Assembly (NCBI RefSeq): GCF_947568905.1
Contig: NC_079172.1
Coordinates: 9,176,001-9,240,000, forward strand
Direction of reading: 5' to 3'
Length of the DNA stretch: 64,000 nucleotides
Source of the DNA: Ostrea edulis
Lineage: Eukaryota
In this document: piece after piece, positions 24,178-37,485 of the stretch
Numbering within the stretch: the stretch's first letter is position 1
Layout of the letters: each line of letters opens with the position of its first letter
The notes under the pieces: model-generated
Seen by the model: only the letters and a program-made list of their open reading frames with translations
Told to the model about the DNA's origin: nothing
The model's database searches: none
Made by a program: the position numbers and the translations under genes

Positions 24178-27100
24178 ATGTCTTCCGTCTTTTTCTTCAG
24201 CTTCGTAGATCTGACCACACTTTTTATTTTCTTCATTGTGTTTTTGTTCCTGATCTACACGATGTCATCACCGCGTACAAGCATTCCTGGACCTTTTGCA
24301 TTACCGTTTGTTGGAAATCTACCTCGCTTCATTGGAATGGGAGCAAGAAAACACATAGAATTTTTAAAATTAAGCAGAAAGTATGGGGACGTGTTTCGTC
24401 TATATATTGGACCGTATATGCTTGTTTTTATATGTGGTTATAAAAACATTCATGAAGCGTTTGTTAAACATGCGTCGAGCTTCAGCCATCGTCCAAACTG
24501 GCTTCCTGCCATCAAAGAGAGAGCGGAAAAATATGGATATGGTAAGATCTTGATATCTACATGTAACTAAAAATAACTGCTATAGTTCCAGAACTTCATT
24601 ACTTGTATACATGTTTAGATTCATCATCGTATCATGGGGTATATGATTCATGTAAACAATGGGAACTTAGAGTACATTGTATATTCAGAGAAGACGATGT
24701 GGTATGCAGGAAGTACTCTATGCTCCCATTGTCTATTATAGCCCATAGCATAAACAATCTAGACATTCACACTTTATATATAGATTTTGAAGTATATAGG
24801 TTTTTATGTCGAAAAATAAAATTCATTGAAACGAATGGGGATATTTAATTTTCTTCAGGTAAAGTTATAAAAAAAATTTCCACCGTGGCTAGACACAATG
24901 AATTAAATGGAAATGCTCGCATAACTGTCGCTAATCTGACTACCAACTTTTAAATCTAGATCTCTTTAACATAATGTAAAATACTGGACTTCTATTGTGG
25001 CCATGAACCACAAGATATTGATTTATAAAGTAAGACCAGATGCACAGTTTGTTATTGCATCATGACACTGCAATTGTGACACTGCAACCTTGCTATTCAT
25101 TTGTAAACTGTTCATCCTCTATGGTAGTCTCGTTATAACCTAAGTATCCGGGGGTCTAACCACACTGGATATTTAACAACAAGAGGGTGTTTGTATATAC
25201 AGAAAATCTAAGTTAACATATTTTCAAACATTGGAGTCCTTTTCTTGATAAGAACATTTTTGATTTGATGAAATTTCCATTGTTGTTCTTTTAAAAATAC
25301 CAACATTGGAGTCCTTTTCTTGATAAGAACATTTTTGATTTGATGAAATTTCCATTGTTGTTCTTTTAAAAATACCAACATTGGAGTCCTTTTCTTGATA
25401 AGAACATTTTTGATTTGATAAAATTTCCATCGTTGTTCTTTTAAAAATACCATTTCATGTTTCTTTTTATGTTAGGATTATATCCCTAGTTTTAACACCA
25501 CGACCCATGGGATTGTGCTTTATAAACACAATTTAAATTACATGTTATGGCAAAACTTTCATAAAGGTACAAAAGTTGTGACCTACTGGTTTCAAGGGAA
25601 AAAAAATTCGTATTATCTCTGGAAAGGAATATAGTGCTGATCAAAATTACTTCAATTTTTAACACGTAAGAAATCTTTGAGCACAACGTCTATGATCGTT
25701 GTGACAATATACACACTATAACAAACGACATACATGTACAACTGTCAGAGTTATGAAGACGCGCTGACAAATGAGGCTGAAGTAAGCAACTTCAACCGTA
25801 TAACTTGTACTTCTTTCATCAATTCCTGTATGTTTACTGATCAGAGTATTTTGCACCAGAATATATGGCATGATAACAACCGTCTGTCAAAGCAATTATT
25901 ACCATCTCCATCACTATAGGATTCCATACGTTATTGGGTGTAAACATCTACGTGACTATGCGCTTTCTCCACCACGTAAACAACTGGTCATAATAACAAC
26001 AAACTATCTTGACCTCGTGTAAAGAAGGTTAACAGAAATACAGACACAATCCGATTTTATTATCTGTGGTTTGGTTTCCCGAATAAGTACACCAAGGGTA
26101 ACCTACGGTAATTTAAAACGTTCCACCCACCCCGGCCACCAGATCGTCTGCTGTCATTACTTAACACAAAACACAAACAGACGATCGCTAATTGTTCATA
26201 AGCGAGATTTTTTTATACACAGAGCAAAGCACTTCTCTTAATTAGTATTGATTTGGGGCAGTTAATGAATGGTTGATGATTCAGCATAAAAGCAATTAGG
26301 CTTGAGCAAGAATTGAGGGTTTTTATAGTAATGATGATACTGTAAAACTAATAAATTTATCCTATTACTAATCAAAGAACATGTCAACACGACTTCCCCA
26401 ATAGTACCATCAATAATCAACATGGACTTACTTTTAACAGTTTAATGCTTGTCAACACGACATCCCCAATAGTACCATCAATAATCAACATGGACTTACT
26501 TTTAACAGTTTAATGCTTGTCAACACGACATCCCCAATAGTACCATCAATAATCAATGCTTGCAGGAATTGTGTGGGGTAATGGAGATCATTGGAAAAAA
26601 GTACGTCGCTTTTCTCTACAGACAATGAGAGATTTTGGTGTAGGAAAGAAATCACTGGAAGAAATAATACTAGATGAGGCGAGGTTGCTAGGCGATGAGC
26701 TTGCGTCAAAGGAAGGTCAGCCAATCAGCGATGTAAAACACATGATGACGTTGTCAATAAGTAACGTCATTCATCACATTGTGTTTGGCTTCCGGTGAGT
26801 GTTATTTACATATCTGAGAGCTCCCTTTTCTGCATGTTTTTTCTCTCTTTCAGAATGTCAAATTCAAGTACATAAAATGATCTTTGCATACAAGAAAATT
26901 GATATCTTTCGCTTACTTGCAGTTATCCCCATGATGACAAAACATTTCTTAAGGTGATTAAACTGTTGGATGACATATTTAAAAATAGCGGAGCAGTGAC
27001 AGGGTCTCTTCCAAAATGGTGTCAGTTTGGAAAACTGGTATGTACCGTCAGATTAGAAATTCAATACGTTTCACTCTAGTATCATTCTCGGGGGTGGGGG

Positions 27101-29450
27101 TGGGTTATGGACAGAACTCGTATGTATTTCGACTTGAACATTACAAGTGAAGATGGAATATAAAAGATTAGCTCAACTTATAGATAAACATTGATGAAGT
27201 TTAAAACTTTAAACTCGGTAGCATTACTCGAAATATGTATATTGCGAAACGTAATTCACTAAAACATCTGAAGCCTTGTAAGACTCGATCGAAATACGTT
27301 CTAACAACAGGAGTATATTTCATTCAAATAAATTTTAAACGTGTAGAATCGGCGTCAGCATTTAGACGCTAAAGGAATGACCGGTAAATATAGTTGTAAT
27401 ATTGTAAGTATTTGTGTTGATAGTATTTACTGTCTTTGCATATAATTGTACGCTTCCATTCTATCTTCTTTGTAGAAGTCACGTATTCAGACTAGTAAGA
27501 AAGCGCTTGATCTCCTTGGAGAATATATAGTAAACCAGATAGCAGAACATGAAAACACATATGATGAAAATAACATAAGAGATTTCATTGATCTATACAT
27601 TCAAGCCCAGCATGCTGAAGAAAGAATAGAAGGAAATGATACAGGTTTTTATCTTCTATTTTAATATTCGGGAGTCGTATTTTAACCTCGCGCTGGAATA
27701 TAGTTAAGCAGTCATAATGAAAAATGTAACTTAACTCCATGCAATCATTCAAACGAGACAAGCAGATACCCATAGGCAGTTAAAAATATTGGTATAAAAC
27801 TTGATTCGTTTTCATTTTTTATTGGTAGGAACAGTTCATCATTTGTTCCGAGTAATATTGGATTTGTTTAGCGCTGGTACAGAGACAACCGGAACCTCTC
27901 TAGACTGGGCTTTACTCTATATGATAGGGTATCCCGAGATTCAACAAAAATGTTTCACCGAAATAGAAAAGGTGTGCAAAAAATGAAAATATACAAAGTA
28001 GGTAATGTTGCCTTTAGTAGCTGTAATTTTGTGAAATCGAGCCGGCCAAGTTCACGCGGACGGATTATAATCAAACGTATTTGCATTGAATGCCTTTGAT
28101 GGAACTTTATGTCCTTCATGATAACAAATATTGTTGACGTTGTAAGCTAACTATGAAAGTTGACCTTTGAAAAATATCAAACTTAACCCTTTGTTAAACA
28201 TTACATTTTATGAATATACACGCAATTAATTAATAAGAACAATTGTCGGATATCTTTATTTGCGGAAGTCATAATTGATTACGGCTACTCTCTCTTTTAA
28301 CAGGTTGTTGGCTTGGGACGAGAAGTTCGTTTGTCGGACAAGAGCTATCTGCCTTACGTCGAGGCAACGCTTTTAGAAGTTCTACGAATCTCAAATATTG
28401 GTGCGTCTTATAAACATACATTTATATTATGAAAGTAGAATAATTTCTTTTCTGTTACACATTTCTTTTTATTTCCTTGCGCATGATATGATTTATATCA
28501 ATGGATATACAAAGCACGCCAAATTAAATCATTGAAACTGGCAATACTATAATTTCTTTTTACGCATTCTATTATTTATTATGTAAAAATCATATGTGCT
28601 AGAATGATGAATAATAGCAAACTGTACATTAAATATAAATTTAAAGCAATTTGTTTTCCAATCTTTAGCAAGTATGTCTTTACCACACATGGCGACAGCA
28701 GATGTACACATATCTGGTCATAGGATACCGAAAAACGCTATTGTGTTTGGATTTTTAACAACATCACATTTAGACCCGACACATTTTCCTGAACCATATA
28801 TTTTCCGGCCAGAACGATTTCTTGATGATGTCACTGCAACAGTTCAGTATCAAGACAGATTTATACCTTTTTCAGTCGGTGGGTATATGCAGTATAGTAG
28901 TAAGATATCGGTATTATTTTGTATAACATATTAAACTCCTTTTACCTGATTAGGATATAGGGCTCACGGAGGGTGTGACCGGTCGACAGGGGATGCCTAC
29001 TCCTCCTAGGCACCTGATCCCACCTCTGGTGTCTCAAGGGGTCCGTGTTTAGATATCGGTATTATTTTGTAAGACATATTAAACTCCTTTTACCTGATTA
29101 GGATATAGGGCTCACGGAGGGTGTGACCGGTCGACAGGGGATGGCTACTCCTCCTAGGCACCTGCTCCCACCTGTGGTGTGTCCAGGGGTCCGTGTTTGT
29201 CCAGCTATCTATTTTGTATTGATTTTAGGAATTAACTTTAACAAACTTGTTTTTTCTTCTTTCAGGACCCAGAGCGTGTCCAGGAGAATCCTTAGCAAAA
29301 ACAGAAATGTTTCTCGTGTTTTGTAATCTTATTCAAAAGTTCCGATTTTCTAAAGTATCTGAAGATGATGTACTGAACTATTCCGGAACAACCGGTGTCA
29401 CGACATGTGCTGACCCATACCGACTTAAAGTAAACTTACGGCATCAGTAA
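24178..29450 (+). CDS. Cytochrome P450, clan 2 (CYP2-like), gene 1, 503 aa
   Basis: Exons 24178-24541, 26566-26794, 26923-27037, 27476-27644, 27829-27971, 28304-28400, 28669-28878 and 29266-29450 (1512 nt, in frame). TM anchor, PGP, WKKVR, AGTETT, EVLR, PERF and heme motif FSVGPRACPG. Confidence 0.95.
25227..25452. repeat. 75-bp tandem repeat x3
   Basis: Unit AACATTGGAGTCCTTTTCTTGATAAG...AAAAATACC. Confidence 0.9.
26382..26557. repeat. 68-bp tandem repeat x~2.6 abutting the exon-2 acceptor
   Basis: TGTCAACACGAC starts at 26382, 26450 and 26518. Confidence 0.9.
28903..29225 (+). mobile_element. Tandem pair (148-bp period) of Naiad-type pLTR fragments in P450 gene 1 intron 7
   Basis: AGATATCGGTATTATTTTG...GGGCTCACGG.GGGTGTGACCGGTCGACAGGGGATG repeated at 28903 and 29051. 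Confidence 0.85.
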
Positions 29451-29499
29451 AAAGATCTGTAAATATCTACTGCATGTCTATCACAGACTGGTTAAACCA

Positions 29500-31290
29500 C
29501 CGCTGGTTACGGATGGAAATTCTTTTCAATGACCCGTTGGTTCGTTAAAGTGAAATTTAGGTAGCTGATCCCATGCCACCTACACTGTTTCTAGTGGTCC
29601 GTATTTGCCCTACCATAAATCTTATATTCTTTATGTGAATTATGAGATTATCACTGTTCGTCATCTTCATTTATATATATGATGTCAATATATTATAAAC
29701 AATATCGTTGATCATAAAAGCATTTCAATGTTGTTGTCAATCTTATTTCAAGTTCAAATCTACACCCTGTGTTTCCTACAATTAAATATCGTCTATTTCA
29801 TTCGAACTTTTCAAATACAAACTTTACAGTGCCTAGATGTAAACCATATTGAAAAACCATAGTACATGTTCAATAGTTCAGCTAGACATATCATTACTGG
29901 TGATGCAAATATGGTTGAAAATGACGAGACTTAAATCATCCCATTTAAAATGGCCCGAAATTTCTGTAGTCAAGATTATAACTTCATCTATAGTATCAAA
30001 GTCTATGGAAGATTATGTCAGACGATGGGCTAAATACGAAGAAGACCTCACACTTTGTCAGAATAAATAAAGAATATAAGAGGAATATTGATATATCTCT
30101 TGCTGTGACCTTCAACTCGACATTTATGTACATCTTGTATAGCCAGGTGTCCGAATTTGCTCAACTCTCTATTTTGTATTGCTATGAGAAGTTATAAGAT
30201 TGATCCCTACTCGTTATCTTCAACTTTCATTGACGACCTTTTATTTATTAACAAAATTCATTTTCATCCATTTGTGGATTCGATATTCTGCTTCATTTTT
30301 GGATATTTCATTGAAAATAGAGGTCAATGGCAAACTAACAACACAATTGCATGACAAACAAGATGATTTCAGCTTCTTCATTTTCGACTTCTTATATGCA
30401 AGAGCTTGTTCTGGGTATAGTCAGTTTTTAAATCGAGGTAAGCTACTGACAAACAAGTTGATGGTACAGGGATTTCAACAGTCTCGATTGAAGTCAGCAT
30501 TTCACAAATTCTATGGTCGTTATAACGATCTAGTTCGTCAATACAACCTCGCATTGGGTCAAATGTTGTCTGACGTGTTTCATACCGATTGTTAAGCCGT
30601 TTTTGGCACACTGATTTTGACTGTGGATAACGCCGTTTACCTGATCAGGATATGGGGCTCACGGCGGGTGTGACCGGTCAACAGGGGATGCTTACTCCTC
30701 CTAGGCACCTGATCCCACCTCTGGTGTGTCCAGGGGTCCGTGTTTGCCCAACTATCTATTATGTACTTCTTGTAGGAGTTATGAGATTGATCACTGTTCG
30801 TTATCTTCACCTGGCATGTGTGTAGTAATATTCCATTATCACTTGCATATGGTATTTATGTCTCAACTTATACGATGCAAGCGAACATGTTCTATGTATG
30901 ATCAATTTTTAAATCGAGGTAGCCTACTGACAAATAAGTTGATGTTACTGGGTTTTTAACAGTCTTGTTTAAAGTCCGCCTTTTGCAAATTCTATGATCG
31001 TTATAATGATCTAATTTGCAAACACAAGCTATCACTGGGTCGAATGCTGTCTGACGTGTTTCATAGCAATTGTTAGGCCGTCCTTTACATTCTGATTTTG
31101 ACTTCGGATTGCTCCGTTTTTCTGATTAAGATATAGGGCTCATGGCGGATGTGACAGGTCAACAGGGGATGCTTAATCTCCCAGGGCATCTGATTTCACC
31201 TCTACAGGTACAGGGGTCCGTGTTTTCCTTTCTTTTAGTTTTGTATCTTTAATATTATTTATGAGATTGATCACTATTCCTTATCTCCGT
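29500..31290 (+). mobile_element. Cluster of Naiad-type Penelope fragments (linker/RT remnants plus tandem 3' ends with pLTRs)
   Basis: Similarity to 43400-43800 (29740-30080) and to 44820-45452 (30220-30810, 30820-31290). Confidence 0.8.
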
Positions 31291-31349
31291 CTTTGTGTTG
31301 TTCACGTGAACCAGTTACCAATAGTCAATAAAAATACATAGGCTCTCTA

Positions 31350-34006
31350 TTTTAGGTTACCTTAGTAAACTCAGGTAACCCATTGCAATTGGTCTGCGTC
31401 CGTCGTCATACGTCGTCCGCCGTGCGCTAACAATTGCACATTTTGAACTTCTTCTTGATTTCTACTTTTCCAGTTCTTTTCAAATTTGGTATGAAGCATT
31501 TTCGGGGCAAGGGGGCATAAATTGTAAATTTCAGAATTCCTGCAAAAACTGCCCAAAATTGACCATTTTTAAAAACTCTTCTTCACATCTGCACATGTGT
31601 AAGAAAAACTAAATGCATAGTGATGTAGAACAGGAAGGCCTCTTCCAAAATAGTAAATTTCATGATCTCCGGGGTAGAGGCTCTGAACCCGGGTGGTGCC
31701 AAACTTGGAATATAGTGTTATAAATGTGTAAACGCTTAAATAACATCGTTAGTGCTATTGGTACTAAATTGAACCTAAATGGATATTTAAGAAGAGCAGG
31801 TAGATCTTTACCAATATTATAATTTTGATGATCCCAGGGTTAGGGGTTTTGGCATCAGGTGGGACTAAAATGGTCAGTTTTTAAATGTGTGAAGAATAGA
31901 ACACTTTTAACTTCTTGATAACTGACATGATTTGAACATATTTTATTGTCCAGATGTTATAACAAAAGCATTAAGCAAAGGTCTTAAAACTTAGAACGCC
32001 CTCTCGTATATACACAGTGCCATTTCAATACACAGTGATAACTACCATTCCAATTCCTTTCAAATTTGGTATGAAGCATCTTGGGGACAAGGAGGGCATC
32101 AATTGTAAATTTCAGGACTCCTGCACCCGTAGGGGCAGGACAAAAACTACCCAAATTTTTAAAACATTCTTCTCTATAACTGCATATATGTATAAGAAAA
32201 AGTAAATGGATAGTAATGTAAATTTCATGATTCCCGGGGATCCTGACCTCAGGGCGGGTCTAAACTTGGAATATAGTGTTTATGTGTAAAACATTTAAAT
32301 AAAATCTTCTTTAGTGCTATTGATATTAAATTGAAACAAAATGAACATTTAGAGTAGGTAGTCTTTTACCAAAATTGTAAAATTGATGATCCCAGGGGTA
32401 GGGGTTTTTGTAGGGGTTTTTGTATCAGGGTAAGGCCAAAATGGTCAGTTATTAAATGTGTAAACAATTGAATATTTTTAACTTCTTGATAACTACCATT
32501 CCAATTCTTTTCAAATTTAGTATGAAGAATCTTAGGTGCAAAGGGGACGTACATTGTAAATTTCAGGACTCCTGCACACCCGGGGCCTTACGGGCGGAGC
32601 AAAAACTGCCAAAATTTACCAATTTTCAAAACCTCTTTCTCTATAACCACACATGTGTAAGTAAAGCTATATGCATTGTGATGTAGAGCAGGTAGGGGCT
32701 ACTGAAATTGTAGATTTCATGATCCCCAGGGTAGAGGTTCTGATCCCAGGGCGTGACCTACCTTGGTATAAAATGTTTCCTGTACATTACACCGAGTCTA
32801 AGTGTCATGTTTTAACGCACATTGTATTTTCCTCGCCCGAGTCAAAGATTCGAGTGAGGTTTTATGATTGAAGTTTCTCCGGCGTCTGTTGTTGTCATCG
32901 TCGTTAACTTTTCGTCTCCTAATCCAGAACTACTGCGCAAATTTCAATCAAGCTTTGCACAATTCATCTTTTGGTACATGCCCGCTTCAAAGGGGAGGTA
33001 ATAAAAAGGGCAGAAATAAGGTGGGATCATTTAAAAATCTCCACAAAACCCACAGGGTCAGGAAAGTTGAAAGTATCACGAATGCTTCCTGACATAGTAT
33101 AGATTCAAGTTTGTTCAAATCATGCCCCCCTCGGGGTAGGATGAGACAACAATAGGGGATCAAATATTTACATTGAAATATATAGGAAGATATTTTCAAG
33201 GATGACGGGGTCATGATTTGTCATATCAAAATATGCAAGCATCCTCAAGTAGTGCAATTTCAAGTTTTTTCAAATCATGACCCCCGGGGTCGACTGGGGT
33301 CACAATAAGGGATTGAAATTTTATTTAAGAAAATATAGGGAAACATCTCTGCATATATTCTGTATAACAATAGGGCCATGGTTAGGCTTATAAACATGCA
33401 AGTATGTTCAGATGGTGTAGATTGTTAAAATGTGGGTCTCGAGGGTAGGGTGGGGTATAATAGGAAATAAAAGTTTTATATGAAAATATACAGATATTAA
33501 CTAAAGCAAATGAGTAGCAGGGTCACACTAAATCGTATCAAAATGTAAATGTTTTACGTGTAAGTTCCGTGGATTAATCATTTTTTCATTCCCTTGTGAC
33601 AAATGTCGGGGAGAGGGTATTGTTTTTGTTCCGTCTGTCCGAAAATCTAATCTTGCTCATTGATTTTGAATGGAGGTATGATTTGGGTTTTCATATTTCA
33701 TATTTGCATTTCTTGTGGCAAGACCATTTAGTATCAAAGTGTTTGACCTTATGACTTTGACCTACTGTTAAGAAAACATAACCTAGGCAATATCTCCTGA
33801 ACAATGTAAGGTAGGGCTTTCGTATTTTGCATACAGATTCTTTGTGACAAACCATGATTTGTGACCTTGTGTAGTGACCCTCTAGGGCTAGATTTGGGAC
33901 CACAATATGGTTTAAACTATTTTATGGGAAGGAAAATTGAAAGAAACATTACAACAGCAGGGTCAATATGACACTGGTGAACAATGTGGCACATGGGTCT
34001 CTTGTT
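31350..34006. mobile_element. Compound Helentron-like non-autonomous elements with satellite-like internal repeats
   Basis: Starts TTTAGGTTACCTTAGTAAACTCAGGTAACC...CGTCCGTCGTC; second start near 32820; ends ...AATGTGGCACATGGGTCTCTTGTT. Repeated CAAATTTGGTATGAAGCAT units. Confidence 0.6.
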
Positions 34007-35741
34007 ATTCTAATGTGCATGATCGACAATGAATGATGAATTCCTCTGACTTTCATTTTCGCTATCGTATCTGTGTCTACGTGTTCCCCGCATTACTGCA
34101 CATGATTCAACATGTAATTCCTATGACATTCATTTCTTAAATATCTCGGTGTGCCCGTCTGTTTGATGAATATATAGATCATAAACAGAATGTTACTCTC
34201 TGTAATATAGATGATTTACAAATAACTAACATCAGGGTGACGTAAAGATTCAGTGCTCGAACTGGCGAAATATTTTCCAAAAATGGCGAAAAGGAATTAA
34301 AAAATGGCGAAAATAGTTTTTTTTGGGGGCAATATATTGATTATAAAAATACATGTCTTGTAAATAAGGTGATGGACAAAGATACCAAGAAAGGGTAAGT
34401 TTAGGAGAGACAGAGGAGTAATAAAATCAGACGGGGATATTTTGCACATCTATAAACACATATAATGCTATATTTTATTTACCATCAGTACTTCCTACTT
34501 AATTACTTATTGTACAAGTAACACATATGATCATTATCAAAGGACGACATATCACAAGATTTATAAAGACTCATATAACCATTATTTTGTCGGTAATTAC
34601 TATGAATTTTGGTTAAAGTTGATTTCAAATATCTTATCTGATGGACATTAAATAGGAAGGGGGAATGCTGTGTTTTCACATTCAGACAATATTATTAAAA
34701 CATATTCTACAGCCATATATAATCCCAAGGTTTTGAAAAGAATTTGAGTTCATATTTTGAAACGAAAAATTACACTTATAATTACTGCCTTTAACTTTAT
34801 TATACATGTTTTATGGTTAGATATCAAATATAAGTGCAGTGATTTAAAAATACACAAGGTTTTCAAGATTTAGAATGTAGTATAGGTCTGATATGAAATG
34901 AAAGATGTACTCTGTTTGTGTTGCACGTGTGTCTTGCTGAGATTAAGGACTGAATTTCATTAACAACCTCTAAAACAGGGGTTTGTCGGTTGTTGTAGTT
35001 TGTCATTTTTGGTTATAAATTTAATCCTGAGTTTGTTGAATGAATTTTAAATCATCATGGTGAATATTCAATTCCCAAAAAATCACAAATCGTGTTTAAC
35101 ATGCAGCAATGTCGTCTCTTACACCTTTCACCCATATCAAACCCGGAAGTCATTATGTCCCTTCAGACCTTTGATTTCAGTGTAATTGCTTTGAATTCGG
35201 TTTTCATATACTTTCGAGTTTACAGTCTAATTCAAGGAAAACCCTAGTTCCTGTTATCGTAAACATGCAGTACACCATCTTGCCTTGCTGCTCATTATCC
35301 GGGATAAATACCGGTAGTGAATCATCTGGTCCGACAATTGTAGTTCATCGCTCTCTGGATAATTAAACATTACAGTGTCAGTAAGCAGAACGCTCACATG
35401 TCACGTCCCAGCCATCACCACCTGAGGTACAAAAAACCATGTTTATTTTCAACAATCAACGTTAACAGTACCATAAATATATAATTGCAAGTCAAAATAT
35501 AGGTCAACCCACAAAGCGACATCGATTGATCAAATGGCTCTGCTGTCTAATTTAATACGTTATCGTTGGTTATAATTAAAAAGAAGATATGAAAACATAT
35601 ATAATACCTATTGTGCAAATTGAATATTCTATTTGATATATGCAAATCATAAACTGAAAACTACATGATCCGGAACTAACATACCTCAGCCTTGTTTAGT
35701 GCTGTCCCACATTCTGACCCTGTTTAAGCCTCGGGGATGCG

Positions 35742-35748
35742 TATAAAA
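35742..35748 (+). promoter_or_regulatory. Candidate TATA box of P450 gene 2
   Basis: TATAAAA about 55 bp upstream of the first in-frame ATG. Confidence 0.4.
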
Positions 35749-35802
35749 GAAACACCATTTAATACGACTGCCATTCACCGTGAAGACCCACGATAGAACA
35801 AA

Positions 35803-36728
35803 ATGTCTAAAACAATTTTGGGATCCGTGATGGATTCTTCTTGGGTAAAATTGTACTCGGTCTCCTTCCTTGATTTCTTCGATATGACCACTATCTTTAT
35901 TTTCACTCTTGTGTTTTTGACACTGGTATTTGTGATGGGTAGACCTAGAACTTCTATACCGGGACCATTTGCGTTCCCATTCATTGGAAATTTACCTCAG
36001 TTTATACGTATGGGAAGCAAACGACATTTGGAGCTTTTGTCACTTCGCAAGAAATACGGAAACGTGTTCCGTATGTATGTGGGACCCTATTTGATGGTTT
36101 TCATTAGCGGATATGAAAATATCCATGATGCTTTTGTGAAACATGCAGCTCAATTCAGCGATCGTCCAAACTGGTTACCCGACATTCAAAAGAGGATGAA
36201 AAAGACTGGCCACGGTAAGATTATCTTTGATTGAATATATTATGTAAAATCCCAATAATCTAATTTTAGTTATAACGCTAAATTTGAGGTAAACGATTAT
36301 TCTATTTTTCAATTAAATGGTTTGCATGTGAAAGTGTTCTGAAATAGACGTTTCGGTGGAAAACTGAAATACAAGGAATGAAGTCTGTGGCATATCATCT
36401 TATGATGGATATAAAATAGATTGTGATTGTTTATGCTAATTGTTGATCGACCGCTCTGCATTAATTGTACCTCAAACCATTTCATATCTACATGTAGGAT
36501 ATACTATCTGATGCTGTGAGTTCTTATACTAACCAGTTTGGAAGACCACGGAATTATTTAAGAATCATTACGCATCTTATCTATGACTGATACTTCGAAT
36601 GATTTATTATTAGGAATACGATTGCTTACGACAATCATGGTGATGTCACAGATAAAATGTTTTGTGTTAAGTTTTTTCAATTTCAGAAAAGTTTTACAAT
36701 ATCACTTCCCATTGACATCAGTGCAGAA

Positions 36729-36784
<56 letters not shown>

Positions 36785-37416
36785 AATGCTAACATTCGTT
36801 TACCTTTTCTCTTCTCAGGTCTTGTTTGGGCTAATGGGGAAAATTGGAAAAAAATACGTCGGTTTGCCCTACACAGTTTGCGCGATTTCGGTGTTGGGAA
36901 GAAATCTCTGGAGGAAGTTATCCAAGACGAGGCAAAATTACTCGGTGACATTTTCGCCTCCAAGGAAGGTGAAGCGGTAGCAGACGTTAAGCGGATGATG
37001 ACGACATCCATCAGTAACGTTATTCATCACGTGGTTTTTGGGTTCAGGTACATAAATCAAAAGAAAATTATTTCCAAGGAACGGTTTCAATATTCCGCAA
37101 GTTTACAAGTACAAAGAATAACTAATTTCAATAACACTTGCATCGAATGCTGAGATTTAGAACTTTTGGTGCTGATTATTTTGTAGGTATCTACATGATG
37201 ATGAGAAATTCCTGGGTTTGATTGATGCGTTTGACGTCTTATTTAAAGGGCCTGGGCCGGTTTTGCAATCAATCCCTAACTTTTTACAGTTGGGAGGGGT
37301 AAGACAAGATTTCAAAGGATTTCATTAATTTTTAATTGATGATAATTTTATTCACAAAAAGTGAAAGGGATTAGGCGGTAGGCAAAGCTTATTTCAGCCC
37401 TTTCCCAACACCAAGG

Positions 37417-37485
<69 letters not shown>

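Noticed and set aside
25208-25453. Repetitive 25-aa ORFs; also CRISPR-like appearance of the tandem arrays
   Set aside because: The 75-bp units are contiguous with no unique spacers; this is an intronic minisatellite in a eukaryote.
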